Assembly (NCBI GenBank): GCA_964016885.1 | Contig: OZ024746.1 | Span: forward strand, 75,330,001-75,394,000 | Direction of reading: 5' to 3' | From: Eledone cirrhosa | Lineage: Eukaryota | Length of the DNA stretch: 64,000 bases | Part shown: positions 1 through 13,134 of the stretch, one piece after another | How the letters are laid out: the number at the start of each line of letters is the position of its first letter | How positions within the stretch are numbered: position 1 is the stretch's first letter | The notes under the pieces: model-generated | Told to the model about the DNA's origin: nothing | What the model saw: the letters and a program-made list of their open reading frames with translations, nothing else | Database searches by the model: none | Made by a program: the position numbers and the translations under genes

Positions 1-386
1 TAAAATAAATGAATATACGAAATAAATGAAATAAAATGCAACATCCATGTAAGTTAACTGATGTAAACTAAATAAAAATAGACAAACATGTAGTTAACTA
101 CAACTATAAATTTCAATGACACGAGAAATAAGATTCCTGTATGCAAACTGACGGTTTTATACTGATTTTCCACATGTATTCATGCAAATACGGACGCTTC
201 GTTTAATCAAAACATCTGGTTTATAGAATTATTACTTTCACTTTAATATAAGGATTTACTTATATGTATATAGTATCTACATATGTATGTATATATACAG
301 AAGAACATAAAATGTAATGTTAATAAGAAACATGGGCAAACTAATGCATAGACAGGCACATACACAGACACACGCATACATACATA

Positions 387-835
387 CATGGTGGCTGCCA
401 ACTCGTTTTCGAGTACGGCCACTACTTTATATCCATGTAGGAGAACCCCTACCGATGCGCTGAACGAGTGTGACTTTTTAGTCCAGCCAGCGACTTGAAA
501 ACTCTGGTACAAACACTACACTTGTGACAAATATTGACACATAGTGCTGGGCCCATGGTACCATGTGACGACAAGTGCAGAGATCTCCAGATATAAAGCA
601 ATGCCTGTGCCGTGAAGCTTTTATAGTGAGCAAAGGCACTGCACAAAGCCAGTCCCACTCTCTTAACCAAGATGATATTTACCAAAAAGAAGAACAAGTC
701 AACATCATTGGATACCATCAGGGCTGCATACATAGATACATACATGGTGGCTGCCAACTCGTTTTCGAGTACGGCCACTACTTTATATCGATGTAGGAGA
801 ACCCCTACTGATTGCCTGAACAAGTGTGACTTTTT
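387..835 (-). mobile_element. Non-autonomous RTE-derived retroelement, 5'-truncated copy plus a second 3' tail
   Basis: Minus strand encodes CHKCSVCTRVFKSLAGLKSHTRSAHR* (C2H2-like LINE C-terminus), then 3' UTR gtggccgtactcgaaaacgagttggcagccacc and an (ATGT)n tail; near-identical to five other copies in the window. Confidence 0.75.
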
Positions 836-1100
836 AGAAGCTTCCAACAGTAATGGTTGCATTCTTTAAGGGAATGTCAAAATTTATTTATAAAACTGAT
901 CTATATTATATTTTATCTGATGAAAGCACACCATAATTTAACTTGGTGTCCTTGAAATATGTATAATGAAATAAATATGGTTTTATAAATATAGTTTCCA
1001 TTTGTTAATATCGTATTTTTACTCCAAATATTTGTTGAGTGCTTTATATCAGTTATAAAAATATTTGCTTGTTGTATCCCAACAATTTAATAGAACTCTT
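836..1100 (+). mobile_element. Penelope-like pLTR-derived short element, family C
   Basis: Recurs at ~10790, 23238, 24104, 33330 and 56915; contains a hammerhead motif; ends in (TA)n. Confidence 0.65.
909..973 (+). ncRNA. Type I minimal hammerhead ribozyme (family C)
   Basis: Stem I tattttat/atgaaata; core CTGATGA 917-923; stem II aagcacacca...tggtgtcctt; GAAA 954-957; short quasi-palindromic stem III tatgta; UA cleavage site. Confidence 0.75.
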
Positions 1101-1116
1101 ATATATATATATATAT

Positions 1117-1310
1117 GAAAAGGTATGACCCCGACGGCAGAGCTCAAGCCGTTTCGACGGCTATTTCTGAGTCCAGAAATAGCCGTCGAAACGGCTTGAG
1201 CTCTGCCGTCGGGGTCATGCCTTTTCCTATTACCTACTCTACTACCCTAAGTATTGAGTACTCTGGTGCGTTATGGTCCATCTGGTTCCTTACCACTATT
1301 CCTTCGTTAT
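1117..1310 (+). mobile_element. Fold-back short element, family A (PLE-like, hammerhead 3' half)
   Basis: Inverted arms 1117-1169/1174-1226; GAAA-cggc..gccg-TC-ggggtc; conserved tail; (TA)n on both sides. Confidence 0.7.
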
Positions 1311-1349
1311 ATATATATATATATATATATACATAGATAGATAGATTTA

Positions 1350-1535
1350 TTTATCCTGGGTTCAATCGGAGGTAACCACAGTAAGTAAGGTACTCAATAC
1401 ATAGCAGAGTATAAATATTTAATATAGAAATGGGTTCTACAGGACTAGAACTGTTTCATTCGGGGCTTCCTGATGATTTCTCCCAAATGAAACAGTTCTA
1501 GTCCTGTAGAAGCTATTTCTATATTAAATATATTA
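1350..1535. mobile_element. Fold-back short element, family B (PLE-like)
   Basis: Inverted arms around the hammerhead; tail shared with copies at 10325, 39550, 55560 and 59283. Confidence 0.65.
1464..1514 (+). ncRNA. Type I hammerhead ribozyme (family B)
   Basis: gcttc-CTGATGA(1470-1476)-tttctcccaaat-GAAA-cag-ttctagtc-ctg-TA-gaagc; GUA triplet ending at 1508; stem II weak. Confidence 0.7.
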
Positions 1536-1541
1536 TATATG

Positions 1542-1625
<84 letters not shown>

Positions 1626-1884
1626 GTGTGTATGTGTATGTATATTAGCATTAACGTAACGGGGTTCATAATCGAGGTGTATATAAAGGCATATACGATA
1701 TGCCTATGTACAATCAACATACATGGGTCTCCCTATGAATATTTTAAACTGTGATCACGTTACAACTATCTTTGTAGCCGTGTGAGAATGCCAGAAACAT
1801 ATTTCTGGGGTTTTATTCGTCATTAGTGTCATTTACTAACTCAGAACTGAAAGTAGAATAAGCTATAGCTTATATATTGATATA

Positions 1885-2050
1885 ATTGTTTCTACTTTTG
1901 GCACAAGGCCAGCAATTATCCCAGTGTATTACTGGTACTTTATTTTATCGACCCTGTAAGGATGAAAGGCAAAGTTAACCTCGGCGGGATTTGAACTCAG
2001 ACCGTAAAGGCCCGTAACTCTATGCCGTGAAGCGATACTGCCAATCGCAT
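1885..2050 (-). mobile_element. tRNA-derived SINE, family 1
   Basis: Minus strand has B box gagttcaaatcc and conserved core gcctttcatccttacagggtcgataaaataaagtaccag; at least 8 copies in window. Confidence 0.8.
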
Positions 2051-2123
2051 TTGGACTACTTAATAACTACAGCAAAACAAAGTTACTTAAATAAAATATC
2101 AGTAATGCAATAGGATCGATATA

Positions 2124-2305
2124 CCGTATATATGCCGGCGTACAAGTCGACATTTGGAGCCTAAAAATATCTCTCCAAAACCAGGGGTTGATTTGTCCGC
2201 TGAATATAAAATGTGGCAGTGTGCGTGCTGCCTCAGATGAACTACAACTCAGAATGTTAGGGGTCGACATATGCGCCGGATCGACTTGTACGCCGGCATA
2301 TACGG
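2124..2305. mobile_element. Tc1/mariner-pogo type MITE
   Basis: TIRs ccgtatatatgccggcgtacaagtcga / tcgacttgtacgccggcatatacgg, flanked by TA on both sides. Confidence 0.75.
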
Positions 2306-2492
2306 TAATTGACTTTCCTCTCACCCCCCTAAAATTGTTGATCTTGTGCCTAAATCAGAAAACACTCTGCTTCTTAAGGCTACCGACAACGGTCAGATAA
2401 CAAACTTACAAGCCCACATCGGCAGCCGGACCTAGATATTAACACTGAGTGCTCCATCAGAAAATAAACGCTACACACACTAATACACACAC

Positions 2493-2531
<39 letters not shown>

Positions 2532-2572
2532 TCTCTCTCTCTCTCTCTTCTCTCTCTCCCTCTCTCCCTCTC

Positions 2573-2997
<425 letters not shown>

Positions 2998-3147
2998 AGA
3001 TCAAAAGATGGTTAAAGGAGTTCCATGTATTTTATTATGCGCATTTCAAAAACAAACATCATCATGCAATAATATTTGTGTTTTCATCAGATAAAACAGG
3101 AGAACATGACTAAAAAACACTTGTGGATAGTGCAGTTTTAAATCAAC

Positions 3148-3217
<70 letters not shown>

Positions 3218-3747
3218 ACACATACACAAACATATATATACACATATATATACATACCTACACACAACATATAAATATATACGCACTATTGGATGACCAT
3301 TGACTCCCCTGAGTCGCTCCGCCCTTTAACGGATTTCGTTTTTCCCCCTCACCAAGCAAACATATATAGATGTTTATATATATATATGTGTGTGTATGTG
3401 TGTGTGTGTGTGCGTGTGTGTGTGTGTGTGTGCGTGTGTGTGGTAGTGTGTCAATCAAAATGCGCAGTGTGTAGTTGCCAAGCTATAATTAATTTATTCA
3501 AAGTGAGGTTATTGATGTCCTTATTTGAACTGGTCATAACAAGCACTCACTGTCGATGTAATTTCTCTCTTTGTACCTCATTGCCTGTCTGTTTTGTTTT
3601 TTTGTCTGTCTGTTTGTCTGTGTGGCTTTCATAATGTCTGCTTGACTTTTATAATATCGCTGTCTTTCACTGTTTTGGTCTCTAAGTCTTTTACTAATAA
3701 TTCTCTTTTTATCTATATCTCTCCCTCTCACCCTTTCTCATCTCTAT

Positions 3748-4475
3748 CTCTCTATTTCTCCCTCGCTCTATTCTTCCTTCTGTTTTTCTCTATTTCTCGC
3801 TCGCCCTCTTATTCCTTCTGTTTTTCTCTATTTCTCGCTCGCCCTCTTATTCCTTCTGTTTTTCTCTATTTCTCCATCGCCCTCTTATTCCTTCTGTTTT
3901 TCTCTATTTCTCCCTCGCCCTCTTATTCCTTCTGTTTTTCTCTATTTCTCGCTCGCCCTCTTATTCCTTCTGTTTTTCTCTATTTCTCCCTCGCCCTCTT
4001 ATTCCTTCTGTTTTTCTCTATTTCTCCATCGCCCTCTTATTCCTTCTGTTTTTCTCTATTTCTCGCTCGCCCTCTTATTCCTTCTGTTTTTCTCTATTTC
4101 TCCCTCGCCCTCTTATTCCTTCTGTTTTTCTCTATTTCTCCCTCGCCCTCTTATTCCTTCTGTTTTTCTCTATTTCTCCCTCGCCCTCTTATTCCTTCTG
4201 TTTTTCTCTATTTCTCCCTCGCCCTCTTATTCCTTCTGTTTTTCTCTATTTCTCCCTCGCCCTCTTATTCCTTCTGTTTTTCTCTATTTCTCGCTCGCCC
4301 TCTTATTCCTTCTGTTTTTCTCTATTTCTCCCTCGCCCTCTTATTCCTTCTGTTTTTCTCTATTTCTCCCTCGCCCTCTTATTCCTTCTGTTTTTCTCTA
4401 TTTCTCCCTCGCCCTCTTATTCCTTCTGTTTTTCTCTATTTCTCCATCGCCCTCTTATTCCTTCTGTTTTTCTCA
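3748..4475. repeat. 38-bp pyrimidine-rich minisatellite, ~19 copies
   Basis: Unit tttttctctatttctccctcgccctcttattccttctg; variants ccctcg/cgctcg/ccatcg. Confidence 0.95.
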
Positions 4476-4630
4476 TTCTCACCGTAGGTACGGTTAAAGA
4501 TGTTATGTGTTAAGACGTTATGATGGATTCGGATTCAGGCCAATTCCGTTAAACGTTGGGCAAGTGTCTTTTGTTGACCAATGGAATGTGAGTGAAATTT
4601 GGTAGACGGAGAGTATTCGGAAGCTTGCCG

Positions 4631-4729
<99 letters not shown>

Positions 4730-4736
4730 GGAGAGA

Positions 4737-4970
4737 ATTAGTATATTTACCAACATATGCGTACAGATGTACACTAATGCTAGCAAATACATAAGTTATG
4801 TCATAGTACCTAGGTGGTTCTATGCAGGGGGATGCAGAACAATTATATGAAAGACGTAAAATAAGAAAATTTTAAAAATTAAAAATTAACTTACTAAAAT
4901 TTTCCTTACTAAAATTTTAGTAAGTAAGTTAATTTTTAATTTTTAAAATTTTCTTATTTTACGTCTTTCA

Positions 4971-4975
<5 letters not shown>
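4737..4975 (-). mobile_element. Fold-back short element, family G
   Basis: AT-rich palindrome ~4845-4975 plus unique tail; second copy in opposite orientation at 9820-10063. Confidence 0.6.
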
Positions 4976-5001
<26 letters not shown>

Positions 5002-5112
5002 TAGAAATGTAAGCTATCGCAATAATTTCTTTAATTTCTTTAGTCAAAATACGGCGATAGCTACATTTCTAATAATTTCAAACCCGCTCGCTGTTTCGAA
5101 AATATTCTTACT

Positions 5113-5156
<44 letters not shown>

Positions 5157-5161
<5 letters not shown>

Positions 5162-5364
5162 AACCAGTAAGACCCCGACGGCTGAGCTCAAGCCGTTTCG
5201 ACGGCTAATTCTGGACTCTCTAATTATGTCCAGAATTAGCCGTCGAAACGGCTTGAGCTCAGCCGTCGGGGTCTTACTGGTTCCTATTACCCACTCTACT
5301 ACCCCAAGTATTGAGTACTTTGGTGCGTTATGGTCCACCTGGTTCCTTACCGACATTTCCTTCG

Positions 5365-5367
<3 letters not shown>
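5157..5367 (+). mobile_element. Fold-back short element, family A
   Basis: Arms 5157-5216/5228-5287; (TA)n on both flanks. Confidence 0.7.
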
Positions 5368-5715
<348 letters not shown>

Positions 5716-6629
5716 GATAGCGTCGCGAGCATCTGCGCAATAGCGCCATCTAGCATGCATGCAGTGTCTGAAACGGGAGGTAGCAACTTTTATGTGTTGA
5801 GGACATTAACCATAATTTAAATTTATATTCTAAAGACTTTTTTGAAACTACCATATAATAGATATCACACCACCCGGCCTGTTTTCCCATATTCTCCCTT
5901 CTTACCTTTTCTATGCCTCATTGTCCTTCTTTATCTGCATATTGGACAACAATCCTATTCTCTTCCATTTTACTATCGATTTTTTTCACATATTTCTCAG
6001 CTTATATACGATAAATATAATTACATTTTCCCAATAAATATAACCGCATTTTTTTGTGTATTCAATAAAATCTTTCATATTGCGTTCTTAAGTTACATCT
6101 AATTCAATGTAACCTTCAACATCTAATTCAAAAAGACCTTCAAACACCAGAAAGTGCTAGGAAATCAGATCCTAGACATGTCACATGTCTGGGCATGCAC
6201 CGTCCAACTACACATTCGTTACAAAAGAACTTTCTAGGTTATCCATTGACGGGTCTGTTGTTCTCTTGTTCGCTGAGCGAATGGAATTTTTCAATGGAGG
6301 GAAATGTATGAATGAAAAATATGTGAATGAAATGAAATATATGAATGAAATAAAATATATGAATGGAATGTAAGCTGATGTCTGTGTGTGAGTCTACACC
6401 CTATTCTGTACATCCTACTTTACTATTGGCTGCTTTCGCAAATTACTTATCAGTGATTGGTGTTAATCTTCAGTCAGATTGCCCTGACATTGTGTGTGTT
6501 ATGCAACAACTATCCTACAAAACATAGTTTGTCTAGTTAACTTCAAAACCCTTTTCTACAATTCAAGGTACAGTTAGATATCATTGTTCCTTTTTATGCT
6601 GCTCCGTGGCCTACCCTACTGAATATAAC

Positions 6630-6900
6630 AAGACCGTGAAAATTTACTATTAGCCCCAGACCAGATGAGAAATGTAAGTCAGATGTAAAATGTAGACCCT
6701 TGTAAATTTGGTAACAAGCCAAGAAGAAATATGAAATATATGCCCGTACGAAGTTGGTAATAGGTCCAGGCCGTGAAAATTTGGTAATAACTCAGGACAG
6801 ATGTGAAATATAGGTCTGTAGAAAGTGAGTAATATGTCCAGACAATATATGAAATGTTGGTAGATGAAAAGTTAGCCAAATGTGAAATGTAGGCGAGCCT
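6630..6900. repeat. Degenerate ~40-bp tandem repeat
   Basis: Recurring gtgaaaatttggtaataa / ccagatgtgaaat motifs. Confidence 0.5.
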
Positions 6901-7194
6901 CATTTCAAACTGTGTATTAAGTATTTTAGTAATAAGTGCTAAATATATATGTTTTGTGTTTGTTACAGGTCGATAAATAAAGTAACAGACCAAAGGTGGT
7001 TGACTGGTGAATTATTAAAGTTAAGATGAGATGCTTTACGTTGACTATTCCAAATCTGTGCCTTCTGACTTCAAATTCCGCCTCCAGTCACCGGAAAAAC
7101 AACAGCAATGGAAAGATTAATGGAAAACATAATTTCTTTTGTCCTTTACAGGTATATATATATATGTGTGTGGCATGTAGTGTGCATTATGCGT

Positions 7195-7375
7195 GAATTG
7201 GCAGTATCGGTAGAGGGTTGGACGCCATGCTTTCTAGTATAGTTATGTCCCTTTGCGATCTGAGTTCAAATCCCGCCGAGGTTGACTTTGCCTTTCATCT
7301 TACGGGGTCGATAAAATAAAGTACCAGTAATGCACTGGGTAGTTGATGGCCTTGTGCCTAAAGTAGAAAACAATT
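7195..7375 (+). mobile_element. tRNA-derived SINE, family 1
   Basis: ttggcagtatcggtagag head, gagttcaaatcccgccgagg B box, conserved core. Confidence 0.8.
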
Positions 7376-8673
7376 ATGTACTTACAAGTAACAGAATAAA
7401 AGAACTAGAACATGAATAAATTAAGCTCCTTCAATATGGTAGGTCCATGCAAACTGTACCCCTCTGATCTGGCCTGCATCTACCGTAAACGGTAAATTTC
7501 ACTGCGGTGACTAGCAAGCCAAATGGCCACCCAAAGGCTCTCTCCCTGGTTGCTGTAGTTATTGTTGTTGTTTGCCTCCAGGTCATCCCAAATCAAGCAG
7601 CCTGTAACCAAAAGTTGACTACCCTTCCATGACCACCCCGTCGTTTCGGGTATTATAATCTATCGTTATACTTAGCAACCCTAACAACTGCATGGAAGCT
7701 CCCAATATGTGTTGTCCTTATTTATCCCCCCGTCAACCATGGTGGTGTGTAGACCTATTATCAAAAGTGTTCCAACTTTGCTTAGCCCTCACGTTTTTCA
7801 CCCGATATATCTATGACTATTTTGTCTATATCTCCTTCTATATTTAAAAGGATCAACTCAAGCCTTGCAGGCATGGGTAAGACGAAGGCCGGAGTTTAAC
7901 CCTGTTTCATGTGGTGTTTAAGCGGCTTATAGTACAAAACTCTCCCCTCCTCCTTTGATAGGATGTTCCCACCACCAGCTGCTGCTGGTACATATTTTCA
8001 ACTAAGTGAACTAGAGCAACGTGACATGAAGTGTTTTGCTCAAGGAAATAATGCACTGCCCTACTCGGTGATTGATGGCCCTTAAAATCGTGAGTTCAAC
8101 AACTAAAACAGTAGGCCATGTTATTATATCATAATTATTTATAACGGAATGAGTGATTAAAACTTTCCTTTAGAAATCTTGATATCCAGAGTTCGACTCT
8201 CACATCGCGGTGTCTTGGGCAAGTGTTTATTTACTATAGTCCCTGGTTGACACAAGCCATGTGAGCGAAATTTTGTAACAGAAACTATGTAGAAGCCCGT
8301 CTGATGGATTTTGTCTGTGATTCAAAGATCCAGGCTTTAGAATTGTTATAGGTACAGGTGCTTGGAGAATACTCAACAACTTACGCAAGTTGGATGTTCA
8401 ATTCATCAAACACCTGAATGATCATTGTCGAAATCGACGGAGATCCATTATCATCATCATCATCCCCATATTGTCCTATGTATCCTTTATGCTATGATTT
8501 CTAGAAATTCAACTGCTATTTCTAGGATGACTTTGTAAAAGAACACCACTCACTACCACCGCCACCATCACACTCACACATTAGCTCCGTAGGTAAAGGT
8601 GTGTATATGTAGACGGGGTGGGGGGAGGAGAGTAGTGTAAATAACAAGGTGACATGTGACGACAGCGTGATTT

Positions 8674-9285
8674 GTGGTGGTGGTGGTGGTGGTGGTGGTG
8701 GTGGTGGTGTTTAGTGGCGACTGTGGTATTGGTGTCGGTGGTGGTGTGTTTGTGTGTATGGTTACGGTGGCGGCGGTGTAAGGGTAGTTGAGGAGGGAGT
8801 GTGAGATGGTGGCGATGGTGGTGGGGGAGTAGTGGTGGTAGTGGTGGTGGTGGTGGTGGTGGTCGTCGTCGTCGTCGTTGTTGTCGTGGTGGTGGTGGTG
8901 GTGGTGGTGGTGGTGGTGGTGGTGGTGATGGTCGTCGTTGTTGTCGTTGTCGTGGTGGTCGTCGTTGTTGTTGTCGTTGTCGTGGTGGTGCTGGTGGTGG
9001 TGGTCGTCGTTGTTGTTGTCGTTGTCGTGGTGGTGCTGGTGGTGGTGGTGATGGTCGTGGTGGTGGTGGTGGTGGTGGTCGACGTCGTCGTCGTTGTCGT
9101 GGTGGTGATGGTCGACGTCGTCGTCATTGTTGTCGTTGTCGTGGTGGTGGTGGTGGTGGTCGACGTCGTCGTCGTTGTCGTTGTCGAGGTGGTGGTGGTC
9201 GACGTCGTCGTCGTTGTTGTCGTGGTCGTGGTGTTGCTGCTGCTGCTGCTGCTGCTGGTGTTCGTCGTGGTGGTGGTGGTGTTGG
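8674..9285. repeat. Compound (GGT/CGT/TGT)n trinucleotide tract
   Basis: Direct reading; source of poly-H/T/V ORFs. Confidence 0.95.
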
Positions 9286-9418
9286 CAAGACAATGTGACA
9301 CTTCCTGGAGTGGACTGCGTCGTACGTTTAATTCGGGCCGAAATACGATATTTCCTTTTTGTCGTAATGGCGAAGGAATCTTTGTCTAAGCATGTCTCTT
9401 GCTCCCCCACTTTCCCCC

Positions 9419-9468
<50 letters not shown>

Positions 9469-9528
9469 TCTAATCCTCCCTCCCTCTCTCTCTTTTTCTC
9501 TCGCTCACCCGCTCTCTGAACTATCACT

Positions 9529-9563
<35 letters not shown>

Positions 9564-9761
9564 TTATATATACATATATATATATATGAAAAACATGGGG
9601 AGAAGAATACTGCATGGTTGCACATGGATTACATATTATAAAATTAGTCCCTCATCAGTGATTTGCCAACGATCATTGGTGAGTGCTTTGCTACTCATTC
9701 CTAATTGTAGGTCGATTTTGCTTGGTCACAGCCAAAGCTTCGATTTTACTAAGCCTCCACT

Positions 9762-9819
<58 letters not shown>

Positions 9820-9828
<9 letters not shown>

Positions 9829-10062
9829 CGTAAAATAAGAAAATTTTAAAAAATTTAAAAAATTAAAAAAATTAACTTACTTACTTAGTAAGTAAGTTAA
9901 TTTTTTTAATTTTTTAAATTTTTTAAAATTTTCTTATTTTACGTCTTTTATATTATTGTTCGGCATCCTCCTGCATTGAACCACCTAGGTACTATGACAT
10001 AACCTGTGTATTTGCTAGCATTAGCGTACATCTGAACGCATATGTTAGTAGATATACTAAAT

Positions 10063-10063
<1 letters not shown>
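9820..10063 (+). mobile_element. Fold-back short element, family G
   Basis: Near-perfect ~65-bp-arm palindrome centred near 9885 plus tail matching the reverse complement of 4737-4850. Confidence 0.6.
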
Positions 10064-10138
<75 letters not shown>

Positions 10139-10324
10139 AGTGGAGACTTAGTAAAATCGAAGCTTTATCGACCTACAATTAGGAATGAGTTAGCAAAGCA
10201 CTCAATAAGGTCAGGCCTTAGAGTAATAACATACGTTTAGACAGCTTGACATATTGAAAATTGCGGCAGGTAAAACTAGCCATAAAATACCAAAAGAACG
10301 AATAAACTAATCAGGTTATATATA

Positions 10325-10535
10325 TGTATTTAATATAGAAAACGCTTCTACAGGACTAGAACTGTTTCATTCAAAGGAAATCAGCAGGAAAGCCAACTGA
10401 CATTGTAATACTAATACGGTGGTATTTTTATGCTTTCTGGTGGTTGGGGAAGGTGGGGATTTTGAGAATGGGTAGAGGTAATTGGCTGAGGGATTGAGTG
10501 CCTTACTGTGGTTATCCCCGATTGAACCCGGGATA
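10325..10535. mobile_element. Family B element with degenerate minus-strand hammerhead (10344-10394)
   Basis: Core reads CTGCTGA instead of CTGANGA; GAAA-cag..ctg-TA-gaagc intact; family B tail present. Confidence 0.55.
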
Positions 10536-10562
10536 TACACACACACACACACATACATACGT

Positions 10563-10684
10563 ACATGGTGGCTGCCAACTCGTTTCCGAGTACGGCCACT
10601 ACTTTATATCCATGTAGGAGAACCCCTACCGATGCGCTGAACGAATGTGACTTTTTAGTCCAGCCAGCGACTTGAAAACTCTGG

Positions 10685-10688
<4 letters not shown>
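10563..10688 (-). mobile_element. RTE-derived element 3' end
   Basis: Matches 387-510. Confidence 0.75.
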
Positions 10689-10774
<86 letters not shown>

Positions 10775-10840
10775 TAGAAGAGGGTATTTAATTTAGAGCA
10801 CTCAACAAGTTCCTGGAGTAAATTTATAAAACAAATTTTG

Positions 10841-10903
10841 TATTTTATCTGAAGAAAGCGTACCAAAGTCTTTTGATACCCTTGAAATATATATAATAAA
10901 ATA
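10841..10903 (+). ncRNA. Type I minimal hammerhead (family C, diverged)
   Basis: tattttat-CTGAAGA-aagcgtacca..tgataccctt-GAAA-tatata-TA-ataaaata. Confidence 0.65.
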
Positions 10904-10961
10904 AATATGGTTTTATAAATATAGTTTCCATTTATTTAATATCATTGTATATATATATATA

Positions 10962-11072
<111 letters not shown>

Positions 11073-11113
11073 GGTAAACAGGAATAACAACACAATCGGT
11101 ACAGTAAAGAGGG

Positions 11114-11149
11114 TCTTAACGTTTCGGATGCTAGTCCTTCATCAGAAGA
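11114..11149 (-). ncRNA. Minimal type I hammerhead of a Penelope-like pLTR (family E; element ~11068-11170)
   Basis: tctt-CTGATGA-aggactagcatcc-GAAA-cg-TT-aaga; palindromic AACGTT stem III; flanks match the 3' end of the PLE at 54045-54180. Confidence 0.75.
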
Positions 11150-12139
11150 AAGAATGAGAAATAAGATAGATTGAAGGTAAGGGCGGGGTGGAATTGGAAA
11201 AAATCTCTTTAGATAAAAATAACAGGTTCATTATCCATTTTTATTTTTAAAATTTCATATTTCCTTTTTAGTTCTTTAATAAAAATGACCAAACTGGAGC
11301 ACAGTTGTGTTTTCAATATAACATGTTTAGAAGAATAGCTTTTCCCTACCTACACACACACAGTCCAAGGTCAAAAGAGACAAACAAGGAGAATAATTAC
11401 ACATAGTATTATTAGTTTCACGCTCGTTGGAAAAGAGAAAAGTTTGTGTCCATGTATTGGAGGTTAGTCCTTAATGAGGTAAGACTAAAATCAGGAGACT
11501 AATGATCTTGAAAGAGGGAAAAAAAGTGGAAAAAAAAAAAAAGTAAAAAAGGCCGGTCTATCAAGAGGGGTGATGTAGACAAGCACGTAACAATGTAATC
11601 CTATATGTAGGGGGTGCAGTAGTGGTGGCAGAGCTTCCGGGTCTATCGCTGACAAAGAAAAAGATGAAGACACACACACGCTATTGGTGAGCTTTGTTAC
11701 TCTAATGTTTCACCTGCACAATCACAGGATCACAGTCTTGTCTGGTGAGTACGCAGGTGAGACTCCAGAGTAACAAGGCTTAGCCATAATAAATGAATAT
11801 TTAAACTTTACTTCGGTATTGAGTTTTCATTCTTACGTCCGTCAATAATTCACGTACTCTCAGGTCTTGAATAATCGGTCCCACTCCACGCTTATTAATT
11901 TGTCAGATTTTTTACAACCTTAAATTTTGCTAATCTATCTCCGGCGAAATTTTATTGTAAGTGATTCATATTGATACAGAGCTGGAGAATCTAATTTTAA
12001 TTTAATTTTACATAAAAAAAACATTATGTATGACAAAAGAAGAACATTACAAGACATCCCATATTTACGAACGTACACTATACAATTTGGGACCCCAGAG
12101 TGCCACCAAACTCTACTCCTCTCTATGTCTATCACATAA

Positions 12140-12895
12140 AACTCTCTTTTAATCCCCCTCTCTGTATCTACTGAAACAAACTCTACCCTTCTCTATATAT
12201 ACCACGACACCGCCTCTCTTATCCCACTCTCTATATCTAAGAGTAATATACTCCTTCACTCTCTATAAATATCTACATTTATCTCCCCCAATCCCCCTCT
12301 GTATATCAATCACCCCTAAACTCTCCCCCTCTCTGTATCTACTATTCGGCACTCTCCCATTATCCCCCTCGGTACATCTACAACCACCAAATTCTCCCCC
12401 TCTCTATATCTACTACACGGTACTAAATTCCAATCAATTTCTCTATATCAATTAACAACAAACTCATCCCTCTCTATAGCTAATACACAGAACTCTCTTC
12501 CAATACCTCTTTCTATATCAATCATCACCAAACTCTCCCCCTCACTATATCTACCATACAACACTCTCTGTTATTTTCTCTCACTCTATCCATCACCACC
12601 AAATTCTGTCTCTATATAACTCCATCAATACCTATCTCTATCAATGCTCTCACTCTATTCATCACCACCTCTCTAGTACACGAACTCTCTTCCAATCCCA
12701 CTCATTATATCAATTAGTACCAAACTCTCCCTCTCTCTATGTCTACTACACGGTACTCTCTTCCATTCCCCCTCTATATATCACTTAGCACCAAACTCTC
12801 TCCCTCTCTATATCTACTACACAGAACTCTCTTCCAATACCCCTCTCTATATAAAAAAACATCAATCTCTCCCCCTTTCTATATCTAATATACAG
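12140..12895. repeat. Degenerate ~60-bp pyrimidine-rich minisatellite
   Basis: Recurring aaactctccccctctctatatctactacac...ctcttccaat. Confidence 0.75.
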
Positions 12896-12927
12896 TATAT
12901 ATATATATGTATATATAGATATGTATA

Positions 12928-12963
<36 letters not shown>

Positions 12964-13134
12964 AAATTTGTTTTTATTATTATTGTCGTTATTGTTATTT
13001 TTATTTGTTGTTATTTTCGTGTAATGGCCATACTCGATAACGAGGAGACAGCCATCATGTATGTATGTATGTATGTATGTATGTATGTATGTATGTATGT
13101 ATGTATGTATGTATGTATGTATGTATGTATGTAT

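Noticed and set aside
449-530. Host C2H2 zinc-finger gene
   Set aside because: Single finger inside a multicopy retroelement 3' end
3594-4487. 297-aa hydrophobic ORF
   Set aside because: Stop-free 38-bp pyrimidine minisatellite
8574-9527. His/Asp-rich 317-aa ORF resembling a metal-binding protein
   Set aside because: Trinucleotide tract open in multiple frames on both strands and joined to (GA)n; no gene structure
11420-11780. Additional hammerheads
   Set aside because: Cores too mutated (ctggtga..gaga; ctcattaa..caat) to support; likely decayed PLE remnants
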